DNA from: Anaerolineales bacterium
Lineage (GTDB): Bacteria > Chloroflexota > Anaerolineae > Anaerolineales > Villigracilaceae
Length of the DNA: 64,000 nt
NCBI GenBank assembly: GCA_035298105.1
Contig: DATGYJ010000433.1
Coordinates: forward strand, 1,374 to 65,373
Direction: 5' to 3'
This document shows, in pieces, positions 49,023 through 60,134 of the stretch; position 1 is the stretch's first letter; every line of letters begins with the position of its first letter. The notes beneath the pieces were generated by a model. The model was not told the DNA's origin, did not search any database, and saw only the letters and a list, made by a program, of their open reading frames with translations. Made by a program: the position numbers and the translations under genes.

Positions 49023-49049
49023 ATAGCACTCTCAAATTGAGAGTGCTAA
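49023..49049. promoter_or_regulatory. CIRCE operator
   Basis: aTAGCACTC-N9-GAGTGCTAA, one mismatch to consensus, directly upstream of hrcA. Confidence 0.95.
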
Positions 49050-49066
49050 CTGTGTGGTTGAGAGAC

Positions 49067-50104
49067 ATGTCCGAATTATCTGAACGCCAGAAAACCCTTC
49101 TGCTATTGATCATACGTGACTATATTGAAACTGCTCAACCGGTTGGCTCGAAGCGGCTGGCCGAGCATTACCGTATGAATCTTTCCTCGGCAACGATCCG
49201 CAATGAGATGGCTGCCCTGACAGAACTGGGCTATCTGCGCCAGCCTCACACCTCGGCAGGGCGCGTCCCCACGGAGGAAGGCTATCGTTACTTTGTCAGC
49301 CAGATGATGAACCAGGCCGAGTTACCTGAGTCGGTGCAAGCCACGATCTCGCACCAGTTTTATCAATCCCGTGCTGATATCGATCAATGGATGACCCTGG
49401 CAGCTTCCATCCTTGCGCATCAGTCACAGGGCGTTTCAGTCGTTACTGCGCCGCATACCGATAAAGCGAAATATAAGCACGTTGAATTGATCTCCACGCA
49501 GGGACGCCAGGTCTTGATGGTACTCGTAATGGTAGGAGGCGAAGTAAGCCAGCAGATCCTAACGCTGGCAGAACCTGTTTCACAGGAACGACTGAGCCAA
49601 ACGGCCTCACGCCTCAATCGATTGTTGGCTGGACTGGCCGTGGACGCGATCTCTTCCCTTCCAGCACGCTCTGACGCGCTTGATCAGGATATCTCGACCC
49701 TTATCATTCAGGAGATGCGCCGTACCGCCGACCGCGTCTCCGGCGATATTTATACCGATGGCTTGACCAACGTCTTATCTGAACCTGAGTTTGCCGAATC
49801 TGACGAGGCCCGCCGTGCCTTGAAACTCTTCGGCGAGCGTTCCACCTTGCAAGATTTGATCGCTCGGACCATGCTCAACAGCAGCGTTGGCGGGTTACAG
49901 GTTCTCATCGGCGGTGAAGGCGGATGGGAAGAACTGCGTCAGTGTTCGATGGTGATTGCACGCTATGGCGTGCCAGGTCTGGCGACCGGGACATTGGGTG
50001 TGCTTGGACCGATGCGAATGTCTTATGCGAAGACCATCCCTACGGTACGATACGTTGCCGGATTATTGAGTGATCTGGTCAATGACACCATTGCTGGTGA
50101 ATGA
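49067..50104 (+). CDS. hrcA: heat-inducible transcription repressor HrcA
   Basis: PVGSK, SSATIRNEM, QPHTSAGRVPT, GVLGPMRMSY. Confidence 0.97.
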   Translation: MSELSERQKTLLLLIIRDYIETAQPVGSKRLAEHYRMNLSSATIRNEMAALTELGYLRQPHTSAGRVPTEEGYRYFVSQMMNQAELPESVQATISHQFYQSRADIDQWMTLAASILAHQSQGVSVVTAPHTDKAKYKHVELISTQGRQVLMVLVMVGGEVSQQILTLAEPVSQERLSQTASRLNRLLAGLAVDAISSLPARSDALDQDISTLIIQEMRRTADRVSGDIYTDGLTNVLSEPEFAESDEARRALKLFGERSTLQDLIARTMLNSSVGGLQVLIGGEGGWEELRQCSMVIARYGVPGLATGTLGVLGPMRMSYAKTIPTVRYVAGLLSDLVNDTIAGE

Positions 50105-50198
50105 GCGAGAATTGGAACCGCTGAATCGGAATTGTATGCCTGTTCATTCCTAAATTCCGGGTCCCAATTCTTGAATTTCGAATAATGAGAGTGAAAGT

Positions 50199-50750
50199 AT
50201 GGCTGAAAAAAATAAACACGACCCTGAGGAAGAACTTGATGAGACCCAGGCCGAAGCTGTTGCAACCTCTGAAAATGTTGATCAGTTATCGGCTGAAATC
50301 GAGGCGCTGAAAAAGAAACTGGAAGCTGCCGAAGCCAGGACCTCTGAATACAAGGACAGTTGGTTGCGGGCGCAGGCTGAATTCCAAAACTATAAGAAAC
50401 GCCTTGACCGGGATAATGAGCTGATGTATGTCTCGATGAAAGGCGATATTATCAAGAAGGTTTTGCCGATCCTTGATGACCTTGAGCGGGCACTGCAAAA
50501 CCGCCGCCCGGAGGATCCATGGGCGAATGGCATCGAACTCGTCGTACGCAAATTTCAAAATATTTTGGAGAGCGAAGGCGTGAAACGAATAGAAGCGGTG
50601 GGCGCGGAATTTGATCCGAACTTCCATGAGGCAATCTCCCATGAACCTGCTGATGGTGTACAAAGCGGACATGTGATCGGAGTTGTCCAAAATGGATATA
50701 TGCTCGGCGAGCGCGTGATCCGGCCTGCGATGGTAAGAGTAGCGCAGTAA
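50199..50750 (+). CDS. grpE: nucleotide exchange factor GrpE
   Basis: AEFQNYKKR, FDPNFHEA, GYMLGERVIRPAMV. Confidence 0.97.
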   Translation: MAEKNKHDPEEELDETQAEAVATSENVDQLSAEIEALKKKLEAAEARTSEYKDSWLRAQAEFQNYKKRLDRDNELMYVSMKGDIIKKVLPILDDLERALQNRRPEDPWANGIELVVRKFQNILESEGVKRIEAVGAEFDPNFHEAISHEPADGVQSGHVIGVVQNGYMLGERVIRPAMVRVAQ

Positions 50751-50838
50751 TGAAGTGTCAGGTCCCATGTGTCAGGTATCAAGTTGCCTGTCCATGGTTT
50801 ACCTGACACGTGATATTTGACACTGGAGAACTTAAATT

Positions 50839-52731
50839 ATGGCAAAAATCATTGGAATTGATCTTGGTACCACCAATTCTGTCGCCGCGGTAATGCAAGG
50901 CGGCGAACCCATCGTCATCCCTTCTGCTGAAGGGGAACGACTTGTTCCTTCAGTGGTGGCGGTGAACAAAAATCATGAGCGTCTGGTCGGGCGAGTGGCC
51001 CGCAACCAGGCGATTACCAATCCGACGAACACGGTTTTTTCGATCAAGCGTTTCATGGGGCGCAAGGCTGATGACCCGGAGGTAGAGCGCACTCGAAAGC
51101 GTGTGCCCTATGTCGTGAATGAAGCGCCGAATGGCGATGTGCGTGTGCAGCTCGACGAAAAGGATTATTCACCGCCCGAAGTTTCAGCGATGATTCTCGC
51201 AAAGATCAAACGCGACGCCGAAGCCTATCTCGGCGAAACGATCACACAAGCGGTCATTACGGTGCCTGCCTATTTCAACGATGCACAGCGCAACGCCACC
51301 AAAGATGCGGGCAAGATTGCGGGTCTCGAAGTCCTGCGCATTATCAATGAGCCAACCGCTTCTTCCCTGGCCTATGGACTTGATAAAAAGAAAAATGAAG
51401 TAATTGCCGTCTATGATCTGGGCGGCGGTACATTCGATATTTCCATTTTGGATGTGGGCGAGGGCGTTTTCCAGGTCCGTGCGACGAGTGGCGATACTTT
51501 CCTCGGCGGTGACGACTTCGACGTGCGGGTGATGGATTACCTGATCGAACAATTCAAAAAGGATAATAGCATTGATCTGCATAATGACCGTCAGGCGTTG
51601 CAGCGGTTAAAAGAGGCGGCCGAAAAGGCCAAGATCGAACTTTCCACAACGATGCAGACTGAAATCAATTTGCCTTATTTGACTGCGGATGCCAGTGGCC
51701 CCAAACACCTGGTGATGACAATGACCCGCGCCAAACTCGAACAGTTGACCGCCGACCTTGTTGACCGGACGATTGCTCCCCTTAAACAAGCCTTGTCTGA
51801 TGCTGGTTTGACTGCCGGCGACATTAACGAGGTGGTGATGGTAGGCGGGATGACGCGTATGCCTGCCGTGCAGGATCGGGTCCGGGCTTTTTTCGGGAAG
51901 GAACCTCATAAAGGCGTGAATCCTGATGAAGTGGTCGCGATCGGGGCAGCAATTCAAGCCGGGGTGCTTGGCGGAGAGGTGAAGGATATACTCCTGTTGG
52001 ATGTGACGCCTCTCTCGCTCTCAATTGAGACATTGGGCGGTGTTGCCACAAGGCAAATCGAGCGCAATACAACGATCCCAACTCGCCGCAGCCAGGTCTT
52101 CTCTACTGCGAGCGATAGTCAGACGCAAGTAGAAATTCACGTTCTGCAAGGCGAACGCCCGATGGCAGTGGATAACAAGTCACTGGGCAAATTTATCCTT
52201 GACGGGATCCCGCCTGCGCCGCGTGGAATGCCACAGATTGAAGTAACGTTTGATATCGACGCGAATGGTATCCTAAAAGTCACGGCCCAGGATAAAGCGA
52301 CCGGGCGTTCACAACACATCACGATCACGGCCTCTTCCGGTCTTTCTGAAGCTGAGGTTGAGAAGATGCGCAAGGACGCTGAGGCACATGCAGAGGAAGA
52401 CCGCAAGCGCAGAGAACTCATCGAGGTGCGCAATAACGCAGATAATACAGTCTATGCGGCTGAAAAGGCTTTGAGAGAATTTGGCGATAAAGTGCCTGCC
52501 GATACCCGATCCGAGGTTGAGTCGAAAGTTGCTGCAGTTAAGAAGGCGGCCGAAGGCGAAGATGTTGAGGCGATTAAATCTGCAACCGAGTCCTTAGGGC
52601 AGTCCATTCAAAAGATTGGAGCAGCTGTTTATCAGCAACCAAATGCCCCTGCGAGCGAAGCGGGCGGAGCCGATCCGAATCCAAATCCAGAAGCAGGGCC
52701 CGATGTGGTGGAAGGTGAAGTAAAGGAATGA
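50839..52731 (+). CDS. dnaK: chaperone DnaK
   Basis: [40 protein letters not shown]. Confidence 0.99.
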   Translation: MAKIIGIDLGTTNSVAAVMQGGEPIVIPSAEGERLVPSVVAVNKNHERLVGRVARNQAITNPTNTVFSIKRFMGRKADDPEVERTRKRVPYVVNEAPNGDVRVQLDEKDYSPPEVSAMILAKIKRDAEAYLGETITQAVITVPAYFNDAQRNATKDAGKIAGLEVLRIINEPTASSLAYGLDKKKNEVIAVYDLGGGTFDISILDVGEGVFQVRATSGDTFLGGDDFDVRVMDYLIEQFKKDNSIDLHNDRQALQRLKEAAEKAKIELSTTMQTEINLPYLTADASGPKHLVMTMTRAKLEQLTADLVDRTIAPLKQALSDAGLTAGDINEVVMVGGMTRMPAVQDRVRAFFGKEPHKGVNPDEVVAIGAAIQAGVLGGEVKDILLLDVTPLSLSIETLGGVATRQIERNTTIPTRRSQVFSTASDSQTQVEIHVLQGERPMAVDNKSLGKFILDGIPPAPRGMPQIEVTFDIDANGILKVTAQDKATGRSQHITITASSGLSEAEVEKMRKDAEAHAEEDRKRRELIEVRNNADNTVYAAEKALREFGDKVPADTRSEVESKVAAVKKAAEGEDVEAIKSATESLGQSIQKIGAAVYQQPNAPASEAGGADPNPNPEAGPDVVEGEVKE

Positions 52732-52792
52732 AGACCCGAGAGTAGAGAATAGAGACTGGTCTCTATTCTCTACTCTCTATTCTCCTGCAATT

Positions 52793-53914
52793 ATGAGCAA
52801 TCGCGATTACTACGAAGTCCTGGGCGTCGGACGGAACGCGAGCAACGATGAGATCAAAGCTTCGTTCCGGAAACTCGCGCGCCAGTATCACCCAGATGTC
52901 AATAAAGATGGTGATGCTGAGGAAAAATTCAAAGAGATCAACGAAGCCTATGGTGTGCTTTCGGATGCGGAGAAGCGCGCCCGTTATGATCGCTTTGGCA
53001 AAGAGGGGCTTGGCAATATGGGCGGGTTCCACGATTACACCATGGATGGTGACTTTGCCGATATCTTCGAAGATCTGCTGAGAGGCTTTGGTTTCTCAAC
53101 CGGACGGCGTTCACGCAAGGGACCACGCCGCGGACGCGACCTGCAGATGCAGGTCACGTTGACATTTGAGGAAGCCGTCTTTGGCGTTGAGAAAGAGGTC
53201 GAGTTCCAGCGTGAAGAGACTTGTTCGCGTTGTAACGGCACCGGTGCGGAACCCGGGACTTCTCCCGTGCGCTGCCCTACTTGCAATGGGCAGGGCGAAG
53301 TGCGCCAGGTACAACAGTCAATTTTTGGCCAAATCATGCAGACTGTCACTTGCCCCACCTGTAATGGGCGCGGCGAGACGATTTCATCACCCTGTAAAAC
53401 CTGTCACGGCGGCGGGCTGGAGCGTAAGACGGTCAAGAAAAAAGTGCAAATCCCTGCCGGCGTGGATGGCGGGACTCAGATCCGCTTGGCAGGCGAGGGG
53501 GGACCGGGAGTCTACGGCGGACCAAATGGAAGCCTGTTCCTGCTCCTGGATATTCGACCGCATAAGTTCTTCAAGCGCCGCGAGAACGACATCGTTTTGA
53601 ATCTTGATATCAATGTCGCTCAAGCCACACTGGGCGCGGACATCGATGTTCCCACGCTGGATGGGGATGAGAAATTGAAAATCCCTTCAGGGACACAGCC
53701 TGGAAAAGTCTTTCATATCAAGAATAAGGGTGTTCCTTATTTACGCCGCAATGGGCGTGGAGATCAGTTGGTGATTGTCAATGTGGCAGTGCCAACCAAA
53801 CTCACGAAGGAACAGCGTGAATTGTTCGAGAAACTGGCTGAGAGTCTGGGCACAACGGTCAAACCGCAGGAAAAGGGATTTTTGGATTGGCTGAATGAGG
53901 CGCTGGGGGGGTAG
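52793..53914 (+). CDS. dnaJ: chaperone DnaJ
   Basis: J domain with HPD; four CxxCxGxG repeats. Confidence 0.98.
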   Translation: MSNRDYYEVLGVGRNASNDEIKASFRKLARQYHPDVNKDGDAEEKFKEINEAYGVLSDAEKRARYDRFGKEGLGNMGGFHDYTMDGDFADIFEDLLRGFGFSTGRRSRKGPRRGRDLQMQVTLTFEEAVFGVEKEVEFQREETCSRCNGTGAEPGTSPVRCPTCNGQGEVRQVQQSIFGQIMQTVTCPTCNGRGETISSPCKTCHGGGLERKTVKKKVQIPAGVDGGTQIRLAGEGGPGVYGGPNGSLFLLLDIRPHKFFKRRENDIVLNLDINVAQATLGADIDVPTLDGDEKLKIPSGTQPGKVFHIKNKGVPYLRRNGRGDQLVIVNVAVPTKLTKEQRELFEKLAESLGTTVKPQEKGFLDWLNEALGG

Positions 53915-54150
53915 TTGTTAGTTACCAGGGACCAGTAATCAGTGAGCGGATAAATGTCCGCTCGCTTGATTTAATGTCAATCAGGCATGAGGAACACATA
54001 TTCGCTGCATCTTGTTGCCACTGGTGGATTCGTAGCGGATCCACAGAGATAGGTCCTGTTGATAAGAAGTCTCCGTTACTGCGATTGGGCATTTCGGGTG
54101 GACAACAGGAAAATATGATCATTCGTGACCATACTTAAGAGAATTGTCAT

Positions 54151-54205
54151 TTGACGGTTCTCTTTTTTTGCGCTATTATTATGAATACTTGAGCAGTTAT
54201 TCATA
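54151..54205 (+). promoter_or_regulatory. promoter plus SmtB/CzrA-type operator
   Basis: TTGACG-N17-TATTAT followed by the inverted repeat TATGAATA...TATTCATA upstream of the ArsR gene. Confidence 0.8.
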
Positions 54206-54213
54206 TATTTACT

Positions 54214-54504
54214 ATGTTATTGAAAGAACAAACTTCCTCTCACCTGGCTGACCTGTTCAGCGCCCTCAGCGACCCGACCCGCCTACGGATCATTTCCGTT
54301 TTACTCGATGGCGAGATGAATGTCGGCGACATTGCAGCTCAACTGGCAATGACTGAGTCTGCGGTTTCACATCAATTGCGTGGGCTGCGTCAGATGAAGC
54401 TGGTCCAGAGTCGCAAAAATGGGCGGCAGGTTTACTATGCACTTGACGATGACCACGTGGCGAAGCTCTATCGCTTAGGTCTTGACCACGTAGAACACGG
54501 TTAG
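54214..54504 (+). CDS. ArsR/SmtB family metal-sensing repressor
   Basis: LSDPTRLRI, SAVSHQL, alpha5 site D-x-H...H-x-E/H. Confidence 0.93.
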   Translation: MLLKEQTSSHLADLFSALSDPTRLRIISVLLDGEMNVGDIAAQLAMTESAVSHQLRGLRQMKLVQSRKNGRQVYYALDDDHVAKLYRLGLDHVEHG

Positions 54505-54524
54505 GAAGATTCGTTAAAGAAAAT

Positions 54525-55499
54525 ATGGAACCTAAATCTTCACACACTCATTCTCATTTAAGGGAAGCCTCGAAGCAAACAACTGTTCGCCTTGCGCTAT
54601 CACTTTTTCTCACGCTTGCCTTTGTGGTGATCGAAGCTGGAGCGGGGATATTTGCGAATAGCCTTGCGCTCCTCACCGATGCAGCGCATAACCTGACCGA
54701 TGTCATTGCACTCGGTTTGACCTGGTTTGCCGTTCGCGTCACTGCCCAGCCTGCCAATGCCCAAAAGACATATGGCTATCACCGGGCAGGCATTCTGGTT
54801 GCACTCCTGAATTCGACAACACTGGTGTTGATTTCACTTGGGATTTTCTATGAAGCCTACCGGCGCTTCCTGAACCCGCCTGAAGTGCAATCGGGCATTC
54901 TTGTGGGCGTTGGCCTGATCGCAGTGGTTATCAACCTTGTCACGGCCTTGCTTGTACATCGCGGCAGTCAAAATGATCTTAATTTGCGTTCGGCATTCGT
55001 CCATTTGATGGGCGATGTCCTTTCCACGATTGGCGCAGTCATTGCGGGCGTTATTATTTATTTCACAAATGCCAATTGGCTCGATCCGCTGGTCAGTGTG
55101 CTGATCGGTTTTCTGATCCTTTATAATGCCTGGGGTATCTTGCGGGATGCGGTGGATATTTTGCTGGAGGCCACGCCGCGCGATATCGATATCAAAAGGA
55201 TGGTTGACGACATTGTCCAGGTCAATGGTGTCCTGGGTATTCACGATATCCATGTTTGGAGTCTCACGCAGAGCTTGCGGACCATGTCCGCCCATATTCT
55301 GACCGACGATCTTCATATCAGCGCGGGCACAGAGATTCAGCGGCAGATCAGCGAGGTGGTCCTTCAGCACTATAATATTGCTCATGCAACGCTTCAATTA
55401 GAATGCGTGGATTGCTTTCCCGATTCGCTGTATTGTGATTTGAACGGTCATTTTCATGTGGACGATATCCAGCACTCGGCTCACCAGCCAGGCCGCTAA
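54525..55499 (+). CDS. cation diffusion facilitator (CzcD/ZitB-like Zn/Co/Cd exporter)
   Basis: SLALLTDAAHNLTD, TYGYHR, AFVHLMGD, HDIHVW, HATLQLE. Confidence 0.95.
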   Translation: MEPKSSHTHSHLREASKQTTVRLALSLFLTLAFVVIEAGAGIFANSLALLTDAAHNLTDVIALGLTWFAVRVTAQPANAQKTYGYHRAGILVALLNSTTLVLISLGIFYEAYRRFLNPPEVQSGILVGVGLIAVVINLVTALLVHRGSQNDLNLRSAFVHLMGDVLSTIGAVIAGVIIYFTNANWLDPLVSVLIGFLILYNAWGILRDAVDILLEATPRDIDIKRMVDDIVQVNGVLGIHDIHVWSLTQSLRTMSAHILTDDLHISAGTEIQRQISEVVLQHYNIAHATLQLECVDCFPDSLYCDLNGHFHVDDIQHSAHQPGR

Positions 55500-55569
55500 T
55501 TGTCTCCGCTAAATAGACTTTTCATGCCCATATTTCAGGCTGTCATTATCGCTGCCCTCGGAGGGAATT

Positions 55570-56058
55570 TTGAGTCCTAATCATCCTCATCAGACCAAGA
55601 GAATATTGCTTAAAGTTTGGCGTGTGCTTCCCGCATGGCTGCAAGCTATATTGTCTCGTATCATCCGACCGTTGTTTCAGGTCTTTGCGGCCGCGGTTAT
55701 CTTTGATCAGCATAAAAATATATTTCTCGTCAAGTCAACCTATCAACGGTTCCATCCCTGGGGCTTGCCGGGCGGCAGCCTGGAGTATGGTGAGCACCCG
55801 GAACAGGCAGTTCTGCGCGAGGTCTGGGAAGAGACCAGGTTGAATATTTGCATCGAAAGGCTCCTGCTGGTCAGTTCCTGGCTGCCTGACCGCGTGGGGC
55901 TATATTATCTCTGTAGAATTACTGACGGAACGTTTCTTCCCACGGAAGAAGTGTCTGAGTTTGCTTATTATTCAATCGACAGCCTTCCAGACATAAGCCC
56001 GCTGGATATTGACGTGATCAGGAAATTACATCAAATGGTGGAACATGAACTGGCTTGA
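55570..56058 (+). CDS. NUDIX hydrolase
   Basis: Nudix box PGGSLEYGE...AVLREVWEET. Confidence 0.88.
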   Translation: MSPNHPHQTKRILLKVWRVLPAWLQAILSRIIRPLFQVFAAAVIFDQHKNIFLVKSTYQRFHPWGLPGGSLEYGEHPEQAVLREVWEETRLNICIERLLLVSSWLPDRVGLYYLCRITDGTFLPTEEVSEFAYYSIDSLPDISPLDIDVIRKLHQMVEHELA

Positions 56059-56978
56059 GGTTTCACTCACGGTAAACGGCGAGCTTGCCGAAGCGGTTGC
56101 AGATGTGCTGGCGCGCTTTGCGTACAGCGGGGTCATGCTGGAGCAGGGAGTGAAATATACAGACGATGAAGATGCCGGCACACCGACCGGCCCCATCACT
56201 GTCCGCGCTTACCTGGAAATCGACGATCAGATCGAAGGGACCCGTCAGAAGCTTGAAGAGTCTCTTTATTATTTGGGCATGATCCAGCCTTTGCCCGCAG
56301 CTTCCTATAAACAGATCGCCGACCAAAACTGGATGGATGCCTGGAAACAGCACTATAAGCCGATTTTGATCGGTGAGCGCCTTGTCATTGTCCCGGCCTG
56401 GCTCGACTCGCCTGACCCGCAGCGGATTGCCATCAAGATCGATCCTGGCATGGCATTTGGAACCGGGACACACCCAACCACGCAGCTCTGCCTCGAACTC
56501 ATCGAAGTCTTTTTCACCCAATCGAAAATCGTCAATCGAAAATCGTCAATCGAAAATCGTAATTGATGTCGGCTGTGGTTCCGGGATCCTTTCCATCGCG
56601 GCGCTCAAGTTGGGAGCCAGGTCTGCCCTCGGAGTAGATATTGACACCGATTCGATCCTCAATGCGCGCGAGAATGCAAACGCCAACTCCATTGGCGATG
56701 AATTGATTCTAGGCGTTGGTTCTGTACAGGAAATTCTGGCTGGCAAATTCCCTTTCGGCAAGGCCCCTCTCGTTGTTGCGAATATTCTTGCGCCTGTGAT
56801 TATTCGTCTCTTTGATTCCGGTCTGGTGGAATTGGTAGAAGAGGATGGAGCGATTATCTTAAGTGGGATCCTGCAAGAGCAGGCACAAAATGTGATCGAA
56901 GCCGCGCAGGTAAAAGGGTTGAGGCTGAACGAACAGAAGCAGATCGGAGATTGGGTCGCACTGACTCTGAGACGCTAA
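56045..56978 (+). pseudogene. prmA: ribosomal protein L11 methyltransferase split by a tandem-repeat frameshift
   Basis: 5' frame has W..WKQHYKP and DPGMAFGTGTHPTT; 3' frame has DVGCGSGILS, VANILA, ILSGIL; the junction lies in three perfect 14-bp repeats. Confidence 0.88.
56519..56560. repeat. perfect tandem repeat (CAATCGAAAATCGT) x3 inside prmA
   Basis: Directly visible. Confidence 0.95.
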
Positions 56979-57068
56979 ATTCAAACATTCCCCATGATGT
57001 CCTATTTAAGTCATTATCGTGAAATGTTAGAATAGCGCCCATAATTTTATCAGTAGAGGAGAGTGCAA

Positions 57069-57725
57069 ATGAAAAACAAGAGCAGAATTTTTTTGGCGAT
57101 TGTCTGTCTGGCGCTGACCGCGTTGGCATGCCAGGCACTGTCAGGGACGGGTACGTCAAAAGCTCTTTTCAGTGATGATTTTTCGTCTTCGAACTCAAAA
57201 TGGGGCACCGGCACAGATAAAGATAGTTCCATCGAATATGCAGATGAAGCCTTACAGATGATTGTTTACACCAAAAACTGGTTCGTGTGGAGCAAGCCAA
57301 ATGATCAGGATTACCAGAACATTCATCTGGAAGCGACTGTTAAAAATAATGGCACCGATGCCACAACAGCTTTCGGCATCTTATGCAACAAGCAGAAATC
57401 GACCAGCAATTTCTATTACGTGGCGATCACACCCGCCGGGGAATATGCGATTGCCAAGGCGACTGATGGGCAAACTGACCTGTTTCTTACGAACAATGAT
57501 CAGTGGGCAACTTCTGATGCGATCGCCAAGAACGCTGCTTCGTATCGGGTCGGCGCAGATTGTGGCAATGGCACTCTGACCCTGTATGTGGATGGACAGC
57601 AAATCGCTTCAGTCTCCGACACCACCTACACCAGTGGCAGCGTTGGTTTGCTCACGTGGAGCGGCGAAAACGCGACCACGACGAATGTGTCCTTTGATGA
57701 TTTCTTGATACAAAAACTCCCATAG
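57069..57725 (+). CDS. lipoprotein with concanavalin/DUF1080-like beta-sandwich
   Basis: Lipobox ALAC; FSDDF...W; LTLYVDG...D...GSVGL...FDDF. Confidence 0.75.
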   Translation: MKNKSRIFLAIVCLALTALACQALSGTGTSKALFSDDFSSSNSKWGTGTDKDSSIEYADEALQMIVYTKNWFVWSKPNDQDYQNIHLEATVKNNGTDATTAFGILCNKQKSTSNFYYVAITPAGEYAIAKATDGQTDLFLTNNDQWATSDAIAKNAASYRVGADCGNGTLTLYVDGQQIASVSDTTYTSGSVGLLTWSGENATTTNVSFDDFLIQKLP

Positions 57726-57745
57726 GATTGCACCCTTCAGATTTA

Positions 57746-57778
57746 GATCCTGCGTTCCATAAATGCGCAGGATTTTTT
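57746..57778 (+). terminator. intrinsic terminator
   Basis: ATCCTGCG...CGCAGGAT-TTTTTT. Confidence 0.75.
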
Positions 57779-57811
57779 AATTCAATCATCGAAATTTTGT
57801 GCTATGATTCA

Positions 57812-58315
57812 ATGAACATGGATCGCCGCCGACTCATCCTTTACTTGCTTTTGAATGTGTTCATTTCTGCCTGTGTGACTGGCACGATCCTGTTCTGGTA
57901 TGACCGTAATTATCGATCCGTCAGTGTTTCTGCTGTTCAGCCTGCTGCATCATCCCTCAATCAAGGGGTCTCGGCTCCCCAGGCAACTCTGAATCCGCAA
58001 GCTAACATCCCGGTCGAGATTGTCAGCGTGATCGGTGCCGGAACCCTGGAGGCAGAATGGGTTGTGGTGAGCTATAGAGGCACGGATCCGATAAACCTGG
58101 CGAATTGGGAATTAAGGGATAGTAATCGCCACGTATTTGTCTTTCCTCAACTCATGCTTCATAAAGATGGAGCTGTGCAAATTCATACCGCTTCCGGGAC
58201 AAATACTGTGATCGATTTATATTGGGGAGAAAGTGATCCCGTTTGGGAATCAGGAGAAGAAGCGCAGTTGTACGATCCAAGTGGAAACTTGCGTGCCTCA
58301 TATAAGGTTCCGTAG
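57812..58315 (+). CDS. membrane-anchored lamin-tail-domain protein
   Basis: N-terminal TM; EWV...INLANWELRD...FP...LYWG...VW...LYD. Confidence 0.8.
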   Translation: MNMDRRRLILYLLLNVFISACVTGTILFWYDRNYRSVSVSAVQPAASSLNQGVSAPQATLNPQANIPVEIVSVIGAGTLEAEWVVVSYRGTDPINLANWELRDSNRHVFVFPQLMLHKDGAVQIHTASGTNTVIDLYWGESDPVWESGEEAQLYDPSGNLRASYKVP

Positions 58316-58449
58316 GTACACTGCTGGTTGAGTAGCCCGTGTTCGCCGGGCATATCGAAACCAGCAATAACAAGTAGAAATGAAATTGGTGGTTTCGATA
58401 CATTCCTCGCTCGCTCTCGGAATTACTCAATCACCGGTACATAATTAAT

Positions 58450-60090
58450 ATGTCACAAGCCCTCTACCGTAAATACCGGCCCAAAGTTTGGGATGAAGTC
58501 GTTGGACAGGACCATGTTGTCACGACTCTCAAGAATGCCATCGCGGCAGATCGGGTTGCGCATGCCTATCTCTTTGCGGGTTCGCGTGGGACGGGCAAAA
58601 CAACCCTTGCTCGTCTTTTAGCCAAGGCTGTTAACTGTTTGAACCCTGACCCCGCAAAGCGGCCGGATAACGAGTGCGAAAACTGTAAAGCTGTCAATGA
58701 GAACCGCTTCCTTGACTTGATCGAGATCGATGCGGCCTCCAATACCAGCGTGGACGATGTCCGGGACTTGCGTGACAAGATCAACTTCTCCCCTTCGCAG
58801 GGGAAATACAAAATCTATATTATTGACGAAGTCCATATGCTTTCGACCGCGGCATTCAACGCATTGCTCAAAACGCTTGAAGAGCCCCCGCCGCATGCCA
58901 TTTTTGTTTTAGCCACAACCGAAATTCATAAAATTCCGGCGACAGTTTTGTCACGCTGCCAGCGCCATGAGTTTCGACGTGTGCCTGTGGATGAGATCGT
59001 TAAGCAACTCAAACTCATTGCCAGGACGGAAAAAATCCAGGCAGATGATGACGCCTTGATCCAAATTGCCCGCCAATCTGGCGGCGGCATGCGGGATGCC
59101 ATTTCCCTGCTCGATCAACTTTCCTCCTTCGGAGATCGGATCACGCTCGCCCTTGCCCAAACTGTGCTTGGTACTGCCACCAGCCAAACCGTGTTGGATA
59201 TTATCTCGTCGGTCATGGATCACGATCCTGCACATGGGCTGGAGACCATTCATAAGGCTCTGGATGCCGGGGCGGACCCACGCTCACTTGCTCGCCAGAT
59301 AGTCGAGTATCTACGCGGGCTGATGCTCATTCAGATGGGGAATGCCAATCAGGTCGAAGCCACGGCGGACGTCAAAAAACAAATGGGATCTCACGCGAAG
59401 TCCTTTTCAACCAGCGATGTCCTCCGTATGATGAAAGCTTTCAACAATGCGGCAACAGATCTGCGCGGCGGCTGGCAGCCCTCCCTGGGTTTGGAACTCG
59501 CTCTGGCAGAAGTTTTGGATGCGCCAAATCAGCCGGCTCAGATTCGTGCCATGCCGAGTCCACCACCGTCCCAAAATAAGTCTCAGACCATAGAACCTGC
59601 TCCCCCTGCGGAAGCTTCGCAGGATAAGCCTGCTCCCGCTCCCCAAAGAGAATCGCCTCGCAAGCCGGCCCAAAGCGGCGAGGTCCAAAAGGAAGAGGCG
59701 AACTCCGTAAGCAAAGACGAGCTACCAGCTGCGCGCCCGGCCGAGAAATCAGCTATCAGTGCCGCGGATGTGATCAAAGCCTGGAAGAATTTGGCGGCCT
59801 CCCTTCCGAAGTCACAGGCGAATCTTTCTGCCTTGTTGAATTCAGTTAAAATGATCGATGTGCAGGGTAAGACATTGATCCTGGGTTTGGCCAGTGATGT
59901 ACTCATTTCGAAGATTGACAAGCCCGATCAGATCGAATTGATCCAAAAGCTGATCAGGGATGAATTCGGTGTGGATATGAATATCCGCTGTGTGGTGACG
60001 AGTGCGAAGGGTAAAATCCCGCCGAACGTGCCGCAGGATGGCATGGTGGCAACCGCCATCCAGCATGGCGGGCAGATTGTGGATATGTAG
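58450..60090 (+). CDS. dnaX: DNA polymerase III subunit gamma/tau
   Basis: ALYRKYRP, GSRGTGKTT, EIDAAS, IIDEVHML, SRCQ. Confidence 0.98.
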   Translation: MSQALYRKYRPKVWDEVVGQDHVVTTLKNAIAADRVAHAYLFAGSRGTGKTTLARLLAKAVNCLNPDPAKRPDNECENCKAVNENRFLDLIEIDAASNTSVDDVRDLRDKINFSPSQGKYKIYIIDEVHMLSTAAFNALLKTLEEPPPHAIFVLATTEIHKIPATVLSRCQRHEFRRVPVDEIVKQLKLIARTEKIQADDDALIQIARQSGGGMRDAISLLDQLSSFGDRITLALAQTVLGTATSQTVLDIISSVMDHDPAHGLETIHKALDAGADPRSLARQIVEYLRGLMLIQMGNANQVEATADVKKQMGSHAKSFSTSDVLRMMKAFNNAATDLRGGWQPSLGLELALAEVLDAPNQPAQIRAMPSPPPSQNKSQTIEPAPPAEASQDKPAPAPQRESPRKPAQSGEVQKEEANSVSKDELPAARPAEKSAISAADVIKAWKNLAASLPKSQANLSALLNSVKMIDVQGKTLILGLASDVLISKIDKPDQIELIQKLIRDEFGVDMNIRCVVTSAKGKIPPNVPQDGMVATAIQHGGQIVDM

Positions 60091-60134
60091 TGAAGTACAT
60101 TGGGTGATTCGTGCTTGGTAATGGAGGTTTGATT

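Noticed and set aside
49019-49066. Longer TTG start for hrcA
   Set aside because: It would translate the CIRCE operator; ATG 49067 matches the family start
58316-58449. SRP RNA (ffs) upstream of dnaX
   Set aside because: The conserved TCAGG-x-CCGGAAGG-x-AGCAG helix-8 motif is absent
59371-59385. Programmed -1 frameshift site in dnaX
   Set aside because: The A-run is not in X XXY YYZ phase and no stimulatory structure was evident
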